DNA of 64,000 nt from Nitrospirota bacterium (GCA_963663225.1 OY760142.1:192001-256000); one strand, 5' to 3'. Shown: positions 47,128 through 57,585, counted from the stretch's first letter. Numbers and translations: made by a program. Notes: generated from the sequence alone by a model not told the origin.

Positions 47128-47144
47128 AGCAAATTCAATGCCTG
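47128..47144 (-). promoter_or_regulatory. Sigma-54 (-24/-12) promoter of the EPS operon
   Basis: Minus strand CAGGCATTGAATTTGCT = GG-N10-GC with TTGC; AT-rich upstream region. Confidence 0.7.
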
Positions 47145-47610
47145 AGATAAAAGTCCAATTATTAAGGCAGTTTCAATTTAAAAAATCAGCTTTCCAGAAA
47201 TTTGTTTCTCAAGTATACACATTTCAAAAAAAGTCGTTGTTTTCGGTTGTATCCAATGGATACAAAATTGACAACGTATTGGAAACTAACAATTTATATT
47301 TTATAACTGTTTCTTTTAGAAACACATTTTGGTGTGCGGTTATCTCGTTTTCCTATTATTTTATTGCCGACAGCATTTTTTTTGGGCATTTTTTTACACA
47401 GGTGGCTATGAAAACATCCTTTTTTTCACGGTCCTTCAGCAGAACCATTCTTGCAATCCTTTATAAAACAATGAATTTCTCCATCCATTTTCGTTAAGAA
47501 AGAAACTGATTTTTTGAGCATGTTTTTTGCTAGTTACTATTCTCAAAAAGTACGCATTTCTGCAGGGCAAAGACTCAAAGCAAGTTTTTATCAAGAGGAG
47601 GCTTTGGTTT

Positions 47611-49440
47611 ATGTGTGGTATTGTCGGATACGTTGGTAAAACTGGTTCTCTCCAGGTGCTCGTTGACGGACTTAAGCGACTTGAATACCGGGGATATGAT
47701 TCAGCAGGCATAGCTTTTGTCAACGGGAATGGCCTTGAAGTGTGCAAAACCAAGGGGAAACTCAAGGATCTTCAGCGTATGCTCCCCGATCCTGCTCCTG
47801 CAGTACGAATGGGGCTTGGCCATACACGCTGGGCCACCCACGGTGGTCCTTCATCGGTCAATGCACATCCACACCGTGTTGAAGGCATTGCCGTAGTGCA
47901 TAATGGAATTATAGAAAACTACAGGGAATTGAAGACAACTTTGGAAAGCGAAGGGCATACTTTTCTCTCTGAAACAGACACTGAGGTTGTGCCGCAACTG
48001 ATTGCAAAATATATGAACAAAGGCCTTCCGATCAGGGAAGCAATTCGGTCAGCCGTTGCTCAGCTGCACGGTTCTTATGCGCTTGGTATCATCAGCGAGC
48101 AGCATCCCAATACCCTTTTTGCAGTAAGAAAAGGAAGCCCGCTCGTTCTTGGAATCGGCACGGATGATTTTTACTTCGCTTCCGACATTCCGGCAATCCT
48201 TCCTTACACCCGCAAATTCATATTCATGGAAGACGGACAGCTGTGCACCCTCACCGGGGAAGGAATGGATATTCGACTTGTTGAATCCGATGCCGTTGTC
48301 TCCAATTTAGGCAAGGTAATAGAGATCGACTGGACGTCCGATATGGCCGAAAAAGACGGCTATGATCACTTCATGCACAAGGAAATATACGAGCAACCCC
48401 GTGCAATCACTGCGACAATCAGCGAACGCCTACAAAGTCCTCTTAACTTTCTTTCCGAGCTTGGAATCTACGTCCAAAGAAAATCGGATGTAAAAAAGCT
48501 GCACATCGTTTCCTGCGGCACGTCGTATCACGCGGCGCTCGTCGGGAAATATATGATTGAAAATATTGTTCGCATTCCGGTAAGCGTTGATATCGCCTCG
48601 GAATATCGCTATCGGCAGCCCATCATTGAGAAGGGTACGCTTTTTGTTGCAATCACTCAATCGGGGGAAACAGCTGATACGCTTGCGGCTCAGCGCGAAG
48701 CGAAACGTCTTGGAGCATTGACGCTCACCATCTGCAATGTCGTGGGAAGCACATCAACACGCGAAGCTGATTCGGTTCTTTACACCCGATCAGGGCCGGA
48801 AATCGGTGTCGCATCTACGAAAACATTTACTTCGCAGATGGCGGCATTATGTGTTTTGGCTCTTGCCATGGGGTTCAAAAAATCCACGATTTCTCAGGCA
48901 GAATATGACGCGCTGAAGTCTCATCTTATTGAAATTCCCGCGCTCATAGAGAAGACATTGCAATCGGATGCAAAAATCAAGGAGCTTGCAAAAACCCTCG
49001 CGCAGGCAAAGGATTTTTTGTATCTCGCGCGGGGAATAAACTATCCACTTGCTCTCGAAGGGGCCTTAAAATTAAAGGAAATTTCTTATATACACGCCGA
49101 GGGGTATCCGGCAGGCGAAATGAAACATGGTCCCATAGCTCTCATCGACCAGAATCTGCCGGTTGTTGTGGTCGCCTCCTCAAATGATCTTTTTGAAAAG
49201 ATATTCTCCAACATAGAAGAAGTGAAAGCCCGGGGAGGACGGGTTGTTGCAATAACTGATATCCCCGAGGCGATGAAGGGAAAGGCTGATGATGTCATAA
49301 CCGTACCATCAACCCATCCGCTGCTTACTCCCTTTGTTAACGTAATCCCTCTCCAGCTCCTTGCATACCATATCGGCGTGCTGAGAAACTGCGATGTGGA
49401 TCAGCCACGAAACCTTGCGAAAAGCGTGACGGTTGAATAA
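47611..49440 (+). CDS. glmS: Glutamine--fructose-6-phosphate aminotransferase
   Basis: MCGIVG, LEYRGYDSAG, GHTRWATHG, SQ/TQSGETADT, EIGVASTK, DQPRNLAKSVTVE; RBS GAGGAGG. Confidence 0.97.
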   Translation: MCGIVGYVGKTGSLQVLVDGLKRLEYRGYDSAGIAFVNGNGLEVCKTKGKLKDLQRMLPDPAPAVRMGLGHTRWATHGGPSSVNAHPHRVEGIAVVHNGIIENYRELKTTLESEGHTFLSETDTEVVPQLIAKYMNKGLPIREAIRSAVAQLHGSYALGIISEQHPNTLFAVRKGSPLVLGIGTDDFYFASDIPAILPYTRKFIFMEDGQLCTLTGEGMDIRLVESDAVVSNLGKVIEIDWTSDMAEKDGYDHFMHKEIYEQPRAITATISERLQSPLNFLSELGIYVQRKSDVKKLHIVSCGTSYHAALVGKYMIENIVRIPVSVDIASEYRYRQPIIEKGTLFVAITQSGETADTLAAQREAKRLGALTLTICNVVGSTSTREADSVLYTRSGPEIGVASTKTFTSQMAALCVLALAMGFKKSTISQAEYDALKSHLIEIPALIEKTLQSDAKIKELAKTLAQAKDFLYLARGINYPLALEGALKLKEISYIHAEGYPAGEMKHGPIALIDQNLPVVVVASSNDLFEKIFSNIEEVKARGGRVVAITDIPEAMKGKADDVITVPSTHPLLTPFVNVIPLQLLAYHIGVLRNCDVDQPRNLAKSVTVE

Positions 49441-49545
49441 ACAGGGTTTTCTCGGCGCAGCACGAAGAGGTCGGAGGACCTTATCCGCCCGGATGGAATG
49501 GGACACTCCGCATGCTTCAACAAACAGCTGTGGCCGTCCGGTCCT

Positions 49546-49581
49546 AAAAAAAGGCGTTGCAGGATTAGTCCTGCAACGCCT
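49546..49581 (-). terminator. Rho-independent terminator (probably bidirectional) between glmS and the oxidoreductase operon
   Basis: 13-bp perfect stem AGGCGTTGCAGGA-TTAG-TCCTGCAACGCCT, flanked by an A7 tract (U-tract on the minus strand). Confidence 0.88.
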
Positions 49582-49609
49582 CTCTCAACACACAATCTTT
49601 ATCTAGGAA

Positions 49610-52600
49610 TCAATAATCATATTTTGGTTTTTTGCAGAAAAGCCCCTTGTCTCTTGCTGCATTGATAAGGGAAAATGACTCGACAGCATTGTCGGCAATC
49701 CCTTTATAGTGCGGCATCTTTTCAGCAATCAATCCTCTGACATGATCCATGCTATACGATTTCCCCGTTGCCTCCTGCAGTATCATGTTCAGGACCTCGA
49801 AGTTTGATACGCCCTGAAGCGGATCGAAAGCCTTTTTGAATTTCACGACTTTTCCATCAAAGGAAACAATCGATCCTTCCGATTCGATATTCGGAGCATA
49901 CGGAAGAACAACCTCGGCGCTGGCGGTTATATCATTCTCGAAAGACGAGAGCGCAGCAACAAAGTCGACCCCTTTCGGAGAAAGATCAGAGATACTTATA
50001 TTTTCATTCAGCGAAAGTATCGCCTTGATTTTCCCTTTCTGCAAGGATTCCTTAATCGCTTTGAGTTTGTCAGCCGAGGAGAACCCGGTCGAGCCGTCGA
50101 ACACGATATCCCGGTACCCCTGGCTGTTGCTGTTTTTGTGGATAACGGCGATGCCGTTATTCGCCTTGTTCATGCGGCCCGTGCTGAGCAACAGGTTAAC
50201 GGCTGCCTTGATATCCTTGAGGTTTGCGCCATCAACCGTATCATTATAAAGAACAATGGCGTTCTTTGCGCCGTCAAGCAGGGCTGCCGCGACAGTCTCA
50301 ACTTTATCCAGGTTTTTGGGATACGTTTCCTTGAGGACTCCCGACTTGAATTTTTCAAATCCCTCAATGGCAGCTGCCGCTTTGGCGTCGAATGCCTTGT
50401 TGCTGATCACACTCTTGAGAATGGCATTGATTATCTGCCCTTCCTCACCGGTCTTGCAATCAATATGGACGGACACGTATTTCTCAAGTTCAGAATTGAG
50501 CGGTCCTATCTGGACAAGCTGTGCGCCCTTTGCAACTGCCCTTTTTACCTGGAAACCGAACACAGGGCTGTTCAGCGTCAGTCCGGAGCCGATATTGATA
50601 ATCACGTTTGCCTTTGCCACATCTTCGCGCGTGGCGGAAGAAATATTCATACCCGTCATCTCGCTGATATCGGGTATCTCCGCACGCACGATATCTTCTG
50701 CAGAGGCTATATTGGAAGAACCGTAATGCTTTGCTATCGACGAAAGAAGGAATACTTCCTCATTCGTCGCGGACGGAGAAACAAGGAACAGCAGGGAGTC
50801 GCCGCCCTGTTTGCTTTTGATATCATTGAGCCGCGCCGTTAATTTAGCGATCGCCGTCCGGATGGGAACGGCCCCCTTCCCATTCTCATAGCTTTCAGCA
50901 ATTCTGCCGTCCTGCTTCAAATAGGTGCTCTCGAATCTGCCTTTCTTGCACAGTTCTCCTTCAACATATTTTTCATAGGGTTTCGCGGTCAGATAGAAAA
51001 TATCCCGGTCGTATGCGTTGATGTCGATTTCGCAAGCAACGCTGCAGTCGGAACAAACCGACCGTTTCGCCGTGGTTTTAAACGGCGCCTGTCTCTTGAA
51101 GGGGTAGTTGAACTCGATTGCCCCTGTGGGACAGACTTCGATGCAGTTGCCGCAGGAAATGCATGAGGTTTCCGCAAGCGGTCTATCCATTGACGGCTTC
51201 ACCACGGTTGAGTAGCCGCGGTTTATAAACCCGAGGGCATGAATGCCGATCAGGTCTCCGCAATACCGTACGCACCTTCCACAGAGCACGCATTTGTTCG
51301 GATCGAGTGAAATATAGGGGTGCTGATCGTCAACCTTGGATTTTTTAAATTTGCCAGTATATGCCTTCTGCACCGCACCGACTGCGGTGGAGTAATCCTT
51401 GAGGTCGCAGTCATAAATGGTGACGCAACCGCAGGCAAGGCACCGGTTTGCTTCGTGGGAAACGATTTCAGGAGTGACCCCGAGATCAACTTCATCGAAC
51501 GTCTTGATTCTTTCCGCGGGATCCAGCTTTTTGCTATGGCTGCGTTCGACCTGTTCGATATGCGCAAAGGACGCCTTGTCGAGTTTTTCAAGCGCCGCCT
51601 TGTCGCTGACGAATTCATCGTGAATCGGAACGATTTTGCCAGTCGAAATATATTTGTCGATGACCGTCGCGGCCTTTCTTCCCATGCCGATGGCATCAAT
51701 GGCCGCCATGGGCCCGCTCGCAACGTCGCCGCCGGCAAAAATCCCCGAAATATTCGTAGCTGTCGACTTCGGATCGAAATCAATTGTTTTCCATTTGGTT
51801 GTTTTTATTTCACCAAACGTCTTGTTTGCCAGCGAGGAGAGATCGGCTTCCTGGCCAATCGCGGAAACGATCATATCGCACTTGAATACAAACTCGGAAT
51901 TTTCCTTCTGGATCGGCTTTCTTCTGCCGCTCGCATCCGGCTCTCCCAGATACATCTCAAAGCACTCGAGACCGATCAGTTTTCCATTCTCGGCAACCAC
52001 TCTCTTGGGAGCCGTAAGCATCTTAAACTCGATGCCCTCTTCGACCGAATCATGGATCTCTTCCTTATCGGCAGGCATTTCATCCAGCGTACGGCGGTAC
52101 AAGAGCGCCACTTTGTCTGCTCCGCACCGGACTGCCGTTCTCGCCACGTCGATCGCCGTGTTGCCGCCGCCGACAACCGCCACGGTTCCGCTCAAGCGCG
52201 GCAGAACAGCCGCCTTTTTGACATCTTCAAGGAATTTGATGCCGGTCTGAACAAAGGGAGAATTTTCTCCATCAATGCCCATGGGTTTTCCGACCCAGGA
52301 ACCGATGGCAAGATAAACGGCGCTGTATCCCTTTGCCTTTAATTCATCAAGAGTGATGTCTTTTCCGAGCTTCACTCCTGTCTCGACATTTATGCCGTGG
52401 GAAATAATGAAGTTGACTTCCTTATCGAGCACTTTTGCAGGCAAGCGATATTCGGGGATTCCGTAGCGCACCATACCGCCGAGCTTCGGCTGAGCTTCGA
52501 AAATGGTGACTTCATATCCCTTCTTGGCAAGAAAATACGCGCAGGTCAGACCCGAAGGGCCACCGCCGACAACCGCGACTTTTTTGCCGTTCTTCGGAGC

Positions 52601-53161
52601 AAGGACGGGTTTCTCAAGCCTGTCATATTCAAGGTCGGCCACATAGCGTTTTACGAAGTTCAAAGCGGCCGGAGTATCCGTATAGTTTCTTCTGCAATTC
52701 CCCTCGCAATACTTCACGCAAACCCTGCCGCACATGAGAGGCATCGGGTTGGTCTCCCTGATCAGTTCGAGAGCCTCTTTATATTTGCCTGCGCCTGCAA
52801 GAGCAAGATATCCCTGGATATCCACTGAAGCCGGGCATCTTGTGTTGCACGGCCCCCTGCAGTCGGCATAGTGGGTTGAAAGAATAAGCTCAAGAGCCGA
52901 TTTTCTCGACGCCACCGCTGCGGGGCTGTCCGTCTCTATCTCCATACCGTCTGCAGCAGGCACGGCACAGGAGACGAGTATTTTTTTCGATTTCATTTCC
53001 TCGACTGAACATACAAGGCAGGAACGATGGGGCTCAAGCCGCGGCTCATAACACATGGCCGGGATATCGAAACCATTGTCCCTTGCCACCTGCAGTATGG
53101 TCTTGCCAGGTTCGGTAACTATGCTTTTTCCGTTGATTTTTATTGTAATGGTATTTGCCAT
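49610..53161 (-). CDS. Large subunit of a Stn/NfnABC-type transhydrogenase: 2Fe-2S + GltD-like FAD/NADPH domain + 4Fe-4S + NuoG/molybdopterin-fold domain
   Basis: C-x-CLVC 2Fe-2S, CRGPCNTRCP, GGGPSG, GGGNTAID, YRRT, CVLCGRCVRYC, CISCGNCIEVCP, CSDCSVAC...LCKKGRF. Confidence 0.8.
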   Translation of the reverse strand: MANTITIKINGKSIVTEPGKTILQVARDNGFDIPAMCYEPRLEPHRSCLVCSVEEMKSKKILVSCAVPAADGMEIETDSPAAVASRKSALELILSTHYADCRGPCNTRCPASVDIQGYLALAGAGKYKEALELIRETNPMPLMCGRVCVKYCEGNCRRNYTDTPAALNFVKRYVADLEYDRLEKPVLAPKNGKKVAVVGGGPSGLTCAYFLAKKGYEVTIFEAQPKLGGMVRYGIPEYRLPAKVLDKEVNFIISHGINVETGVKLGKDITLDELKAKGYSAVYLAIGSWVGKPMGIDGENSPFVQTGIKFLEDVKKAAVLPRLSGTVAVVGGGNTAIDVARTAVRCGADKVALLYRRTLDEMPADKEEIHDSVEEGIEFKMLTAPKRVVAENGKLIGLECFEMYLGEPDASGRRKPIQKENSEFVFKCDMIVSAIGQEADLSSLANKTFGEIKTTKWKTIDFDPKSTATNISGIFAGGDVASGPMAAIDAIGMGRKAATVIDKYISTGKIVPIHDEFVSDKAALEKLDKASFAHIEQVERSHSKKLDPAERIKTFDEVDLGVTPEIVSHEANRCLACGCVTIYDCDLKDYSTAVGAVQKAYTGKFKKSKVDDQHPYISLDPNKCVLCGRCVRYCGDLIGIHALGFINRGYSTVVKPSMDRPLAETSCISCGNCIEVCPTGAIEFNYPFKRQAPFKTTAKRSVCSDCSVACEIDINAYDRDIFYLTAKPYEKYVEGELCKKGRFESTYLKQDGRIAESYENGKGAVPIRTAIAKLTARLNDIKSKQGGDSLLFLVSPSATNEEVFLLSSIAKHYGSSNIASAEDIVRAEIPDISEMTGMNISSATREDVAKANVIINIGSGLTLNSPVFGFQVKRAVAKGAQLVQIGPLNSELEKYVSVHIDCKTGEEGQIINAILKSVISNKAFDAKAAAAIEGFEKFKSGVLKETYPKNLDKVETVAAALLDGAKNAIVLYNDTVDGANLKDIKAAVNLLLSTGRMNKANNGIAVIHKNSNSQGYRDIVFDGSTGFSSADKLKAIKESLQKGKIKAILSLNENISISDLSPKGVDFVAALSSFENDITASAEVVLPYAPNIESEGSIVSFDGKVVKFKKAFDPLQGVSNFEVLNMILQEATGKSYSMDHVRGLIAEKMPHYKGIADNAVESFSLINAARDKGLFCKKPKYDY

Positions 53162-53172
53162 GGTTTTCAGCC

Positions 53173-54942
53173 CTAATCCTTATAGATAGCGTTGAAATTG
53201 CACACCGTAAAGCATTTGCCGCACTTAACGCACTGTTCCTGGTTGACGGTATGAGGTTTCTTCCGTTCTCCCGTGATCGCCTTTGTGGGGCAATCGCGCG
53301 CGCAGAGAGTACACCCTGTGCACTTCTCCGGCTTAATGACGAACTTCACCAGTGCCGCGCAGGAATGCGCCGGACAAACATGGTCTCTGATATGCGCAAG
53401 ATATTCATCCTTGAAGTATTTGAGCGTCGTGAGCACGGGGTTCGGCGCGGTGACTCCCAGGCCGCAGGAGGAAGACTTCCCGATATAATCAGCAAGTTCC
53501 TGAAGCTTCGCAATGTCCTCTTCCTTGCCCTTCCCGGCAACAATGCGTTCGAGAATCTCCAGCATGCGGAGCGTTCCGATCCTGCAGGACGTGCATTTGC
53601 CGCAAGATTCGTTCTGGGTAAACTCAAGGAAGAACCGGGCCAGCTCAACCATGCAGGTATCTTCGTCCACGACGATCATGCCGCCGGAACCCATAATGGC
53701 GCCGAGCTTGGTTATTTCCTCGTAATCGATTTTCGTATTCGCGAGAGATGCCGGGATGCAGCCTCCGGAAGGGCCGCCCATCTGAACGCCCTTGAACTTT
53801 TTGCCGTTCCTGATCCCGCCGCACACTTCATTCACAATTTCGTTAATGGTGATGCCCATCGGAACTTCAACAAGTCCGGCTTTGCTTGCCTTGCCGGCTA
53901 TCGCAAACACCTTGGTGCCTTTGCTTTTCTCCGTCCCATACGCTGCATATTTTGCCGCACCGTTCAGAACAATCCACGGCACGTTGGCAAACGTCTCCAC
54001 GTTGTTGATATTGGTGGGTTTGCCCCACAAACCTTTTGCCGCAGGATAGGGAGGCCGAACTTTCGGCGTGCCCCGTTTTCCCTCAATGGATGACATCAGG
54101 GCAGTCTCTTCACCGCAGACAAAAGCACCGGCCCCTTCTTTCACCTTCAGCTTGAAGGAGAACTTGCTGCCGAAAATATTGCTGCCGAGCATGCCTTTCT
54201 TTTCGAGGATCGCAATGGACCGCTGAAGACGCCGCACTGCCATGGGATACTCTGCTCTGCAGTAGATATATCCCTCGGAAGCGCCGATGGCATATCCGCA
54301 GATCATCATGCCTTCGAGAACAGAGTGGGGATCGCCCTCCAACACGCTTCTGTCCATAAAAGCCCCGGGGTCGCCCTCGTCAGCATTGCAAATAACGTAT
54401 TTTTTATCGTTCTTGGACTGGCTTGCGAATTTCCATTTCATTCCGGTGGAGAATCCTCCGCCGCCCCTTCCCCGCAGTCCCGACGCGATCATCATTTCAA
54501 TAACCTGATCCGGTGTCATTTCCGTCAGGACCTTTTTAATTGCCTTGTATCCGTCCTTGCCAAAATACTCATCCAGGGAATCAGGATCAATGGTACCGCA
54601 ATTGCGGAGAACAATTTTCACCTGTTTCTTCAGGTAGTCATACTCCTGGCCTTCTTTCTTGTCCCGTATGATCACCCATTCCTCGACCGGTTTCTGGTCG
54701 GTAACGTGGCTATCAAATATCTTTTTTGCCTTTTCCTCGGTGACGTCACCGTAAAGAAATGTCTGAGCCCCCGTACTTACTTCGACCAAAGGCTCCCGAT
54801 AGCACATGCCGACGCAGCCGGTTGCAGAGACCGCAACTGATGATTTAGGAGCATTCCCCGACAAATTCGTTAAAGCATCAAAAACCTTTTGCGCTCCTGC
54901 CGAGACGCCGCAGGTAGCCATTCCAACAGTAATATTTATCAC
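53173..54942 (-). CDS. NuoF/HydB-like FMN/NADH-binding subunit (StnB/BfuB type)
   Basis: GLRGRGGGGF, NADEGDPGAFMDR, GAFVCGEETAL, GGPSGGC, SCGKCTSCRIG, C-terminal 2x[4Fe-4S]. Confidence 0.9.
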   Translation of the reverse strand: MINITVGMATCGVSAGAQKVFDALTNLSGNAPKSSVAVSATGCVGMCYREPLVEVSTGAQTFLYGDVTEEKAKKIFDSHVTDQKPVEEWVIIRDKKEGQEYDYLKKQVKIVLRNCGTIDPDSLDEYFGKDGYKAIKKVLTEMTPDQVIEMMIASGLRGRGGGGFSTGMKWKFASQSKNDKKYVICNADEGDPGAFMDRSVLEGDPHSVLEGMMICGYAIGASEGYIYCRAEYPMAVRRLQRSIAILEKKGMLGSNIFGSKFSFKLKVKEGAGAFVCGEETALMSSIEGKRGTPKVRPPYPAAKGLWGKPTNINNVETFANVPWIVLNGAAKYAAYGTEKSKGTKVFAIAGKASKAGLVEVPMGITINEIVNEVCGGIRNGKKFKGVQMGGPSGGCIPASLANTKIDYEEITKLGAIMGSGGMIVVDEDTCMVELARFFLEFTQNESCGKCTSCRIGTLRMLEILERIVAGKGKEEDIAKLQELADYIGKSSSCGLGVTAPNPVLTTLKYFKDEYLAHIRDHVCPAHSCAALVKFVIKPEKCTGCTLCARDCPTKAITGERKKPHTVNQEQCVKCGKCFTVCNFNAIYKD

Positions 54943-54955
54943 GGTTAACCTCGCC

Positions 54956-55438
54956 TCAATTCCGCGCTTTGCGCTGATATTCCTTCAACAGCTTCCGTAC
55001 ACTCTGGGCTGTCAGCTTTCCATGCACATCCTCGTTGATGAAAATAACCGGCCCGATACTGCAGCAACCGAGACATGCGACCGTCTCAACGGTAAACAAA
55101 CCGTCATTTGACGTATCAGAGGAGTCGTCCAGCTTGAGTTCTTCTTTAATAACATTAAGAAGCATGGTCGAATCGTTAACATGACAGGCCGTTCCATCAC
55201 AAACCTTGAGAAGATTTTTTCCCGGCGGCTTCAGCCGGAACTGCTTATAAAATGTCACGACGCTGTAAATGTCGCTTTCAGCAGCGCCAGTCAACTGGCT
55301 GATTTCATGGATAGATTCTTCAGGAACGTATCCGTTCTCCACCTGCACCTTCTGCAGAAGTGGAATAACGTCACTTTTGCTTGCCCCTTTTGCAGCAACT
55401 TCAGGGGGGAAAAACTTAAACGTCGCGTTCTTGAGCAC
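54956..55438 (-). CDS. NuoE/HydC-like 2Fe-2S subunit (StnA/BfuC type)
   Basis: VVTFYKQF, VCDGTACHV, ACLGCCSIGP. GTG 55438 follows AAGGAGG. Confidence 0.88.
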   Translation of the reverse strand: MLKNATFKFFPPEVAAKGASKSDVIPLLQKVQVENGYVPEESIHEISQLTGAAESDIYSVVTFYKQFRLKPPGKNLLKVCDGTACHVNDSTMLLNVIKEELKLDDSSDTSNDGLFTVETVACLGCCSIGPVIFINEDVHGKLTAQSVRKLLKEYQRKARN

Positions 55439-55688
55439 CCTCTGCCTCCTTAAACTCTGCGATTTCGTACCCGAACGATCACGATAGTGCATTTCGTGAC
55501 GTTGCAAACTCATTATTTTAACCTTTTTATACCCTTTTTACAAGAAAACTTTTCGGATAAGAGCAAACGGAAAATGCACCGATAAGAATTATATAATGAA
55601 AAACCCTGCTGCAGTGCTGTCTTCCTGGTAAAAACACTTATGCAATTTCCGCTGTTGCTTACAACAAGCAAAATGCAGAAAACAATTC

Positions 55689-55735
55689 AAAAAAAAGGAG
55701 CGCCCCCCGGCTAAATTCCGCAGGGGTAGCGCTCC
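55689..55735 (-). terminator. Rho-independent terminator downstream of the malic enzyme gene
   Basis: Minus strand GGAGCGC...GCGCTCC stem with internal G/C pairing, followed by U8. Confidence 0.75.
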
Positions 55736-55833
55736 CGGTCTATAGTCGCTACTCACAACAGTGCATGTTTGTTAACCAGCTGTAAAGAACATATCCACGC
55801 AATCGCGAATAGATCGGATGTGGCGCAGGTTCC

Positions 55834-57153
55834 TTAGAGCTGATGTTTGTAGGATTTCACGAACGCACTCATACGATCGCGAGCGTCGAATACGCGTTTG
55901 CGCAGGTCTTTTGCATACTGATCCAAGTCAAGTTTAACCGTGGCAACGCCTTCATCCATGGCTGCCTTGGCAACCGCAACCGGCTCGAGGTCGATCAGAC
56001 GGGTATCAAGCGCCTTCGGGATGATGTAGTCCAGACCATAGGTCAGCGACTTCACATTATACGCATCACAAACTTCCTGCGGTACCGGCTTTTTGGCCAG
56101 GTCAGCGATAGCTTGCGCTGCAGCTTTCTTCATATTTTCGGTGATTGCAGTTGCGCCGCAGTCCAGAGCTCCGCGGAAGATATAGGGGAACCCGGAAACG
56201 TTGTTCACCTGGTTCGGGAAGTCAGAACGGCCCGTTCCCATGATCAGGTCCGGACGAGCTGCCTTTGCATCGGGATACGGAATTTCCGGATCAGGGTTCG
56301 CCATGGCGAACATGATCGGATTTTTGGCCATGCTCTTAACCATTGCAGGAGATACAAGGTTCGCCTGCGAAAGGCCGAGGAACATGTCTGCGCCCTTGAA
56401 TGCTTCTTCAAGCGATGAGAAAGCCTTTTTCTGGGCAAACAGCTTTTTGTACTCGTTGAGGTCGGTACGACCCGCATGAATATGGCCTTTGGTGTCGAAC
56501 AGGGAGATGTTTTCCTGAGGAACACCGAGCAAAACATAGAATTTGCAGCAGGCAATACCGGCAGCACCGGCGCCCGAGCAGACCACTCTCATGTCAGAGG
56601 CTTTCTTGCCTGAAATATCGATGGCATTGATCAAGCCTGCACCGGAGATGATCGCCGTACCATGCTGGTCATCATGGAATACCGGTATTTTCATGATCTT
56701 TTTCAGTTTTTCTTCAATATAGAAGCAATCGGGTGCGCCGATGTCTTCGAGATTGATGCCGCCAAAAGTCGGCTCTAATGCCTTCACAATTTCAATGATT
56801 TTATCCGGATCCTTGACATCAAGATTGATATCATAGGAATCAATGTCCGAGAAAATCTTGAACAAGATTCCCTTGCCTTCCATGACCGGCTTTGCAGCTG
56901 CTGGGCCGAGGTTTCCAAGTCCCAGGATGGCGGTACCGTTGGTGACAATTGCCACCAGGTTGCCCTTACCTGTGTACTTGTAAACATCTGCGGGATTTGC
57001 CGCAATTGCGCGGCAAGCGTCAGCAACACCTGGCGAGTAGGCCGTTGCCAGATCCTTCTGGGTAAAGTAGGGCTTTGTCGGAATGACTGTGCATTTCCCC
57101 GGAGGAAACACATTATGATACTTCAATGCTTCTTCTTTCGTTACCAGTGCCAT
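55834..57153 (-). CDS. Malic enzyme (NAD(P)-dependent; MaeB-type catalytic domain without the PTA domain)
   Basis: [65 protein letters not shown]. Confidence 0.93.
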   Translation of the reverse strand: MALVTKEEALKYHNVFPPGKCTVIPTKPYFTQKDLATAYSPGVADACRAIAANPADVYKYTGKGNLVAIVTNGTAILGLGNLGPAAAKPVMEGKGILFKIFSDIDSYDINLDVKDPDKIIEIVKALEPTFGGINLEDIGAPDCFYIEEKLKKIMKIPVFHDDQHGTAIISGAGLINAIDISGKKASDMRVVCSGAGAAGIACCKFYVLLGVPQENISLFDTKGHIHAGRTDLNEYKKLFAQKKAFSSLEEAFKGADMFLGLSQANLVSPAMVKSMAKNPIMFAMANPDPEIPYPDAKAARPDLIMGTGRSDFPNQVNNVSGFPYIFRGALDCGATAITENMKKAAAQAIADLAKKPVPQEVCDAYNVKSLTYGLDYIIPKALDTRLIDLEPVAVAKAAMDEGVATVKLDLDQYAKDLRKRVFDARDRMSAFVKSYKHQL

Positions 57154-57276
57154 TTTACTACCTCCTTTTGTCTATAAAGTTATTTCCCGGCATTTTTACT
57201 TCAAATTCTATCACGGCATATTGTTTTTAGGGATACAACTGGATCCTGCAACTGTACAAATACTCATGCTGCAAAA

Positions 57277-57293
57277 AGCAAGGAACATGCCAA
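57277..57293 (-). promoter_or_regulatory. Sigma-54 (-24/-12) promoter of the malic enzyme gene
   Basis: Minus strand TTGGCATGTTCCTTGCT, a near-consensus TGGCA-N6-TTGC. Confidence 0.8.
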
Positions 57294-57434
57294 TTATTAT
57301 AATGGTATATAGGACTTATTTTACAGAGGATTAGCTGTTTTTAGAATAACTTCACGCTTGTTTCTGAATATAACGAAACTCATGGATGTGATTCGAAAAA
57401 AACTATAATTTTATTATTTACAGCAAGATATGAA

Positions 57435-57452
57435 CTATAATAAAAATTATAG
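57435..57452. promoter_or_regulatory. Candidate enhancer (bEBP binding) palindrome
   Basis: CTATAAT-AAAA-ATTATAG perfect inverted repeat about 150 bp upstream of the -24 box; related half-site CTATAAT at 57403. Confidence 0.45.
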
Positions 57453-57585
57453 GCCATAACTTTTTATACTGATTATTTATTATATATTTTTTACCTGCCC
57501 CACAGGGATGTGTTTCACCTTTATAAAGCGGCCTATCATAGCACAAATCACTTTTTTAGCAATAAAAAAAGCAGAGAGCCTGACA

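Noticed and set aside
47021-47497. 158-aa plus-strand ORF in the divergent promoter region
   Set aside because: Phe-rich low-complexity translation of AT-rich DNA that overlaps the receiver gene and sigma-54 promoter; no RBS
47440-47610. glmS ribozyme upstream of glmS
   Set aside because: The conserved AGCGCC cleavage-site core and paired regions are not visible; the region is AT-rich and promoter-like
51320-54840. Long plus-strand ORFs (51320-52342, 53155-54093, 54325-54840) and similar ones such as 38487-39251
   Set aside because: They are antisense shadows of well-supported minus-strand genes and have no recognisable motifs
49610-55438. Respiratory complex I nuoEFG, [FeFe]-hydrogenase or formate dehydrogenase
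   Set aside because: No membrane nuo genes, no H-cluster motifs, no evident Mo-ligand or Sec motif; a GltD-like domain is inserted in the large subunit
55478-55505. Rex operator upstream of the NuoE-like gene (TCACGA-N9-TCGTGA)
   Set aside because: Arm orientation and spacing do not fit TTGTGAA-N4-TTCACAA; too weak to call
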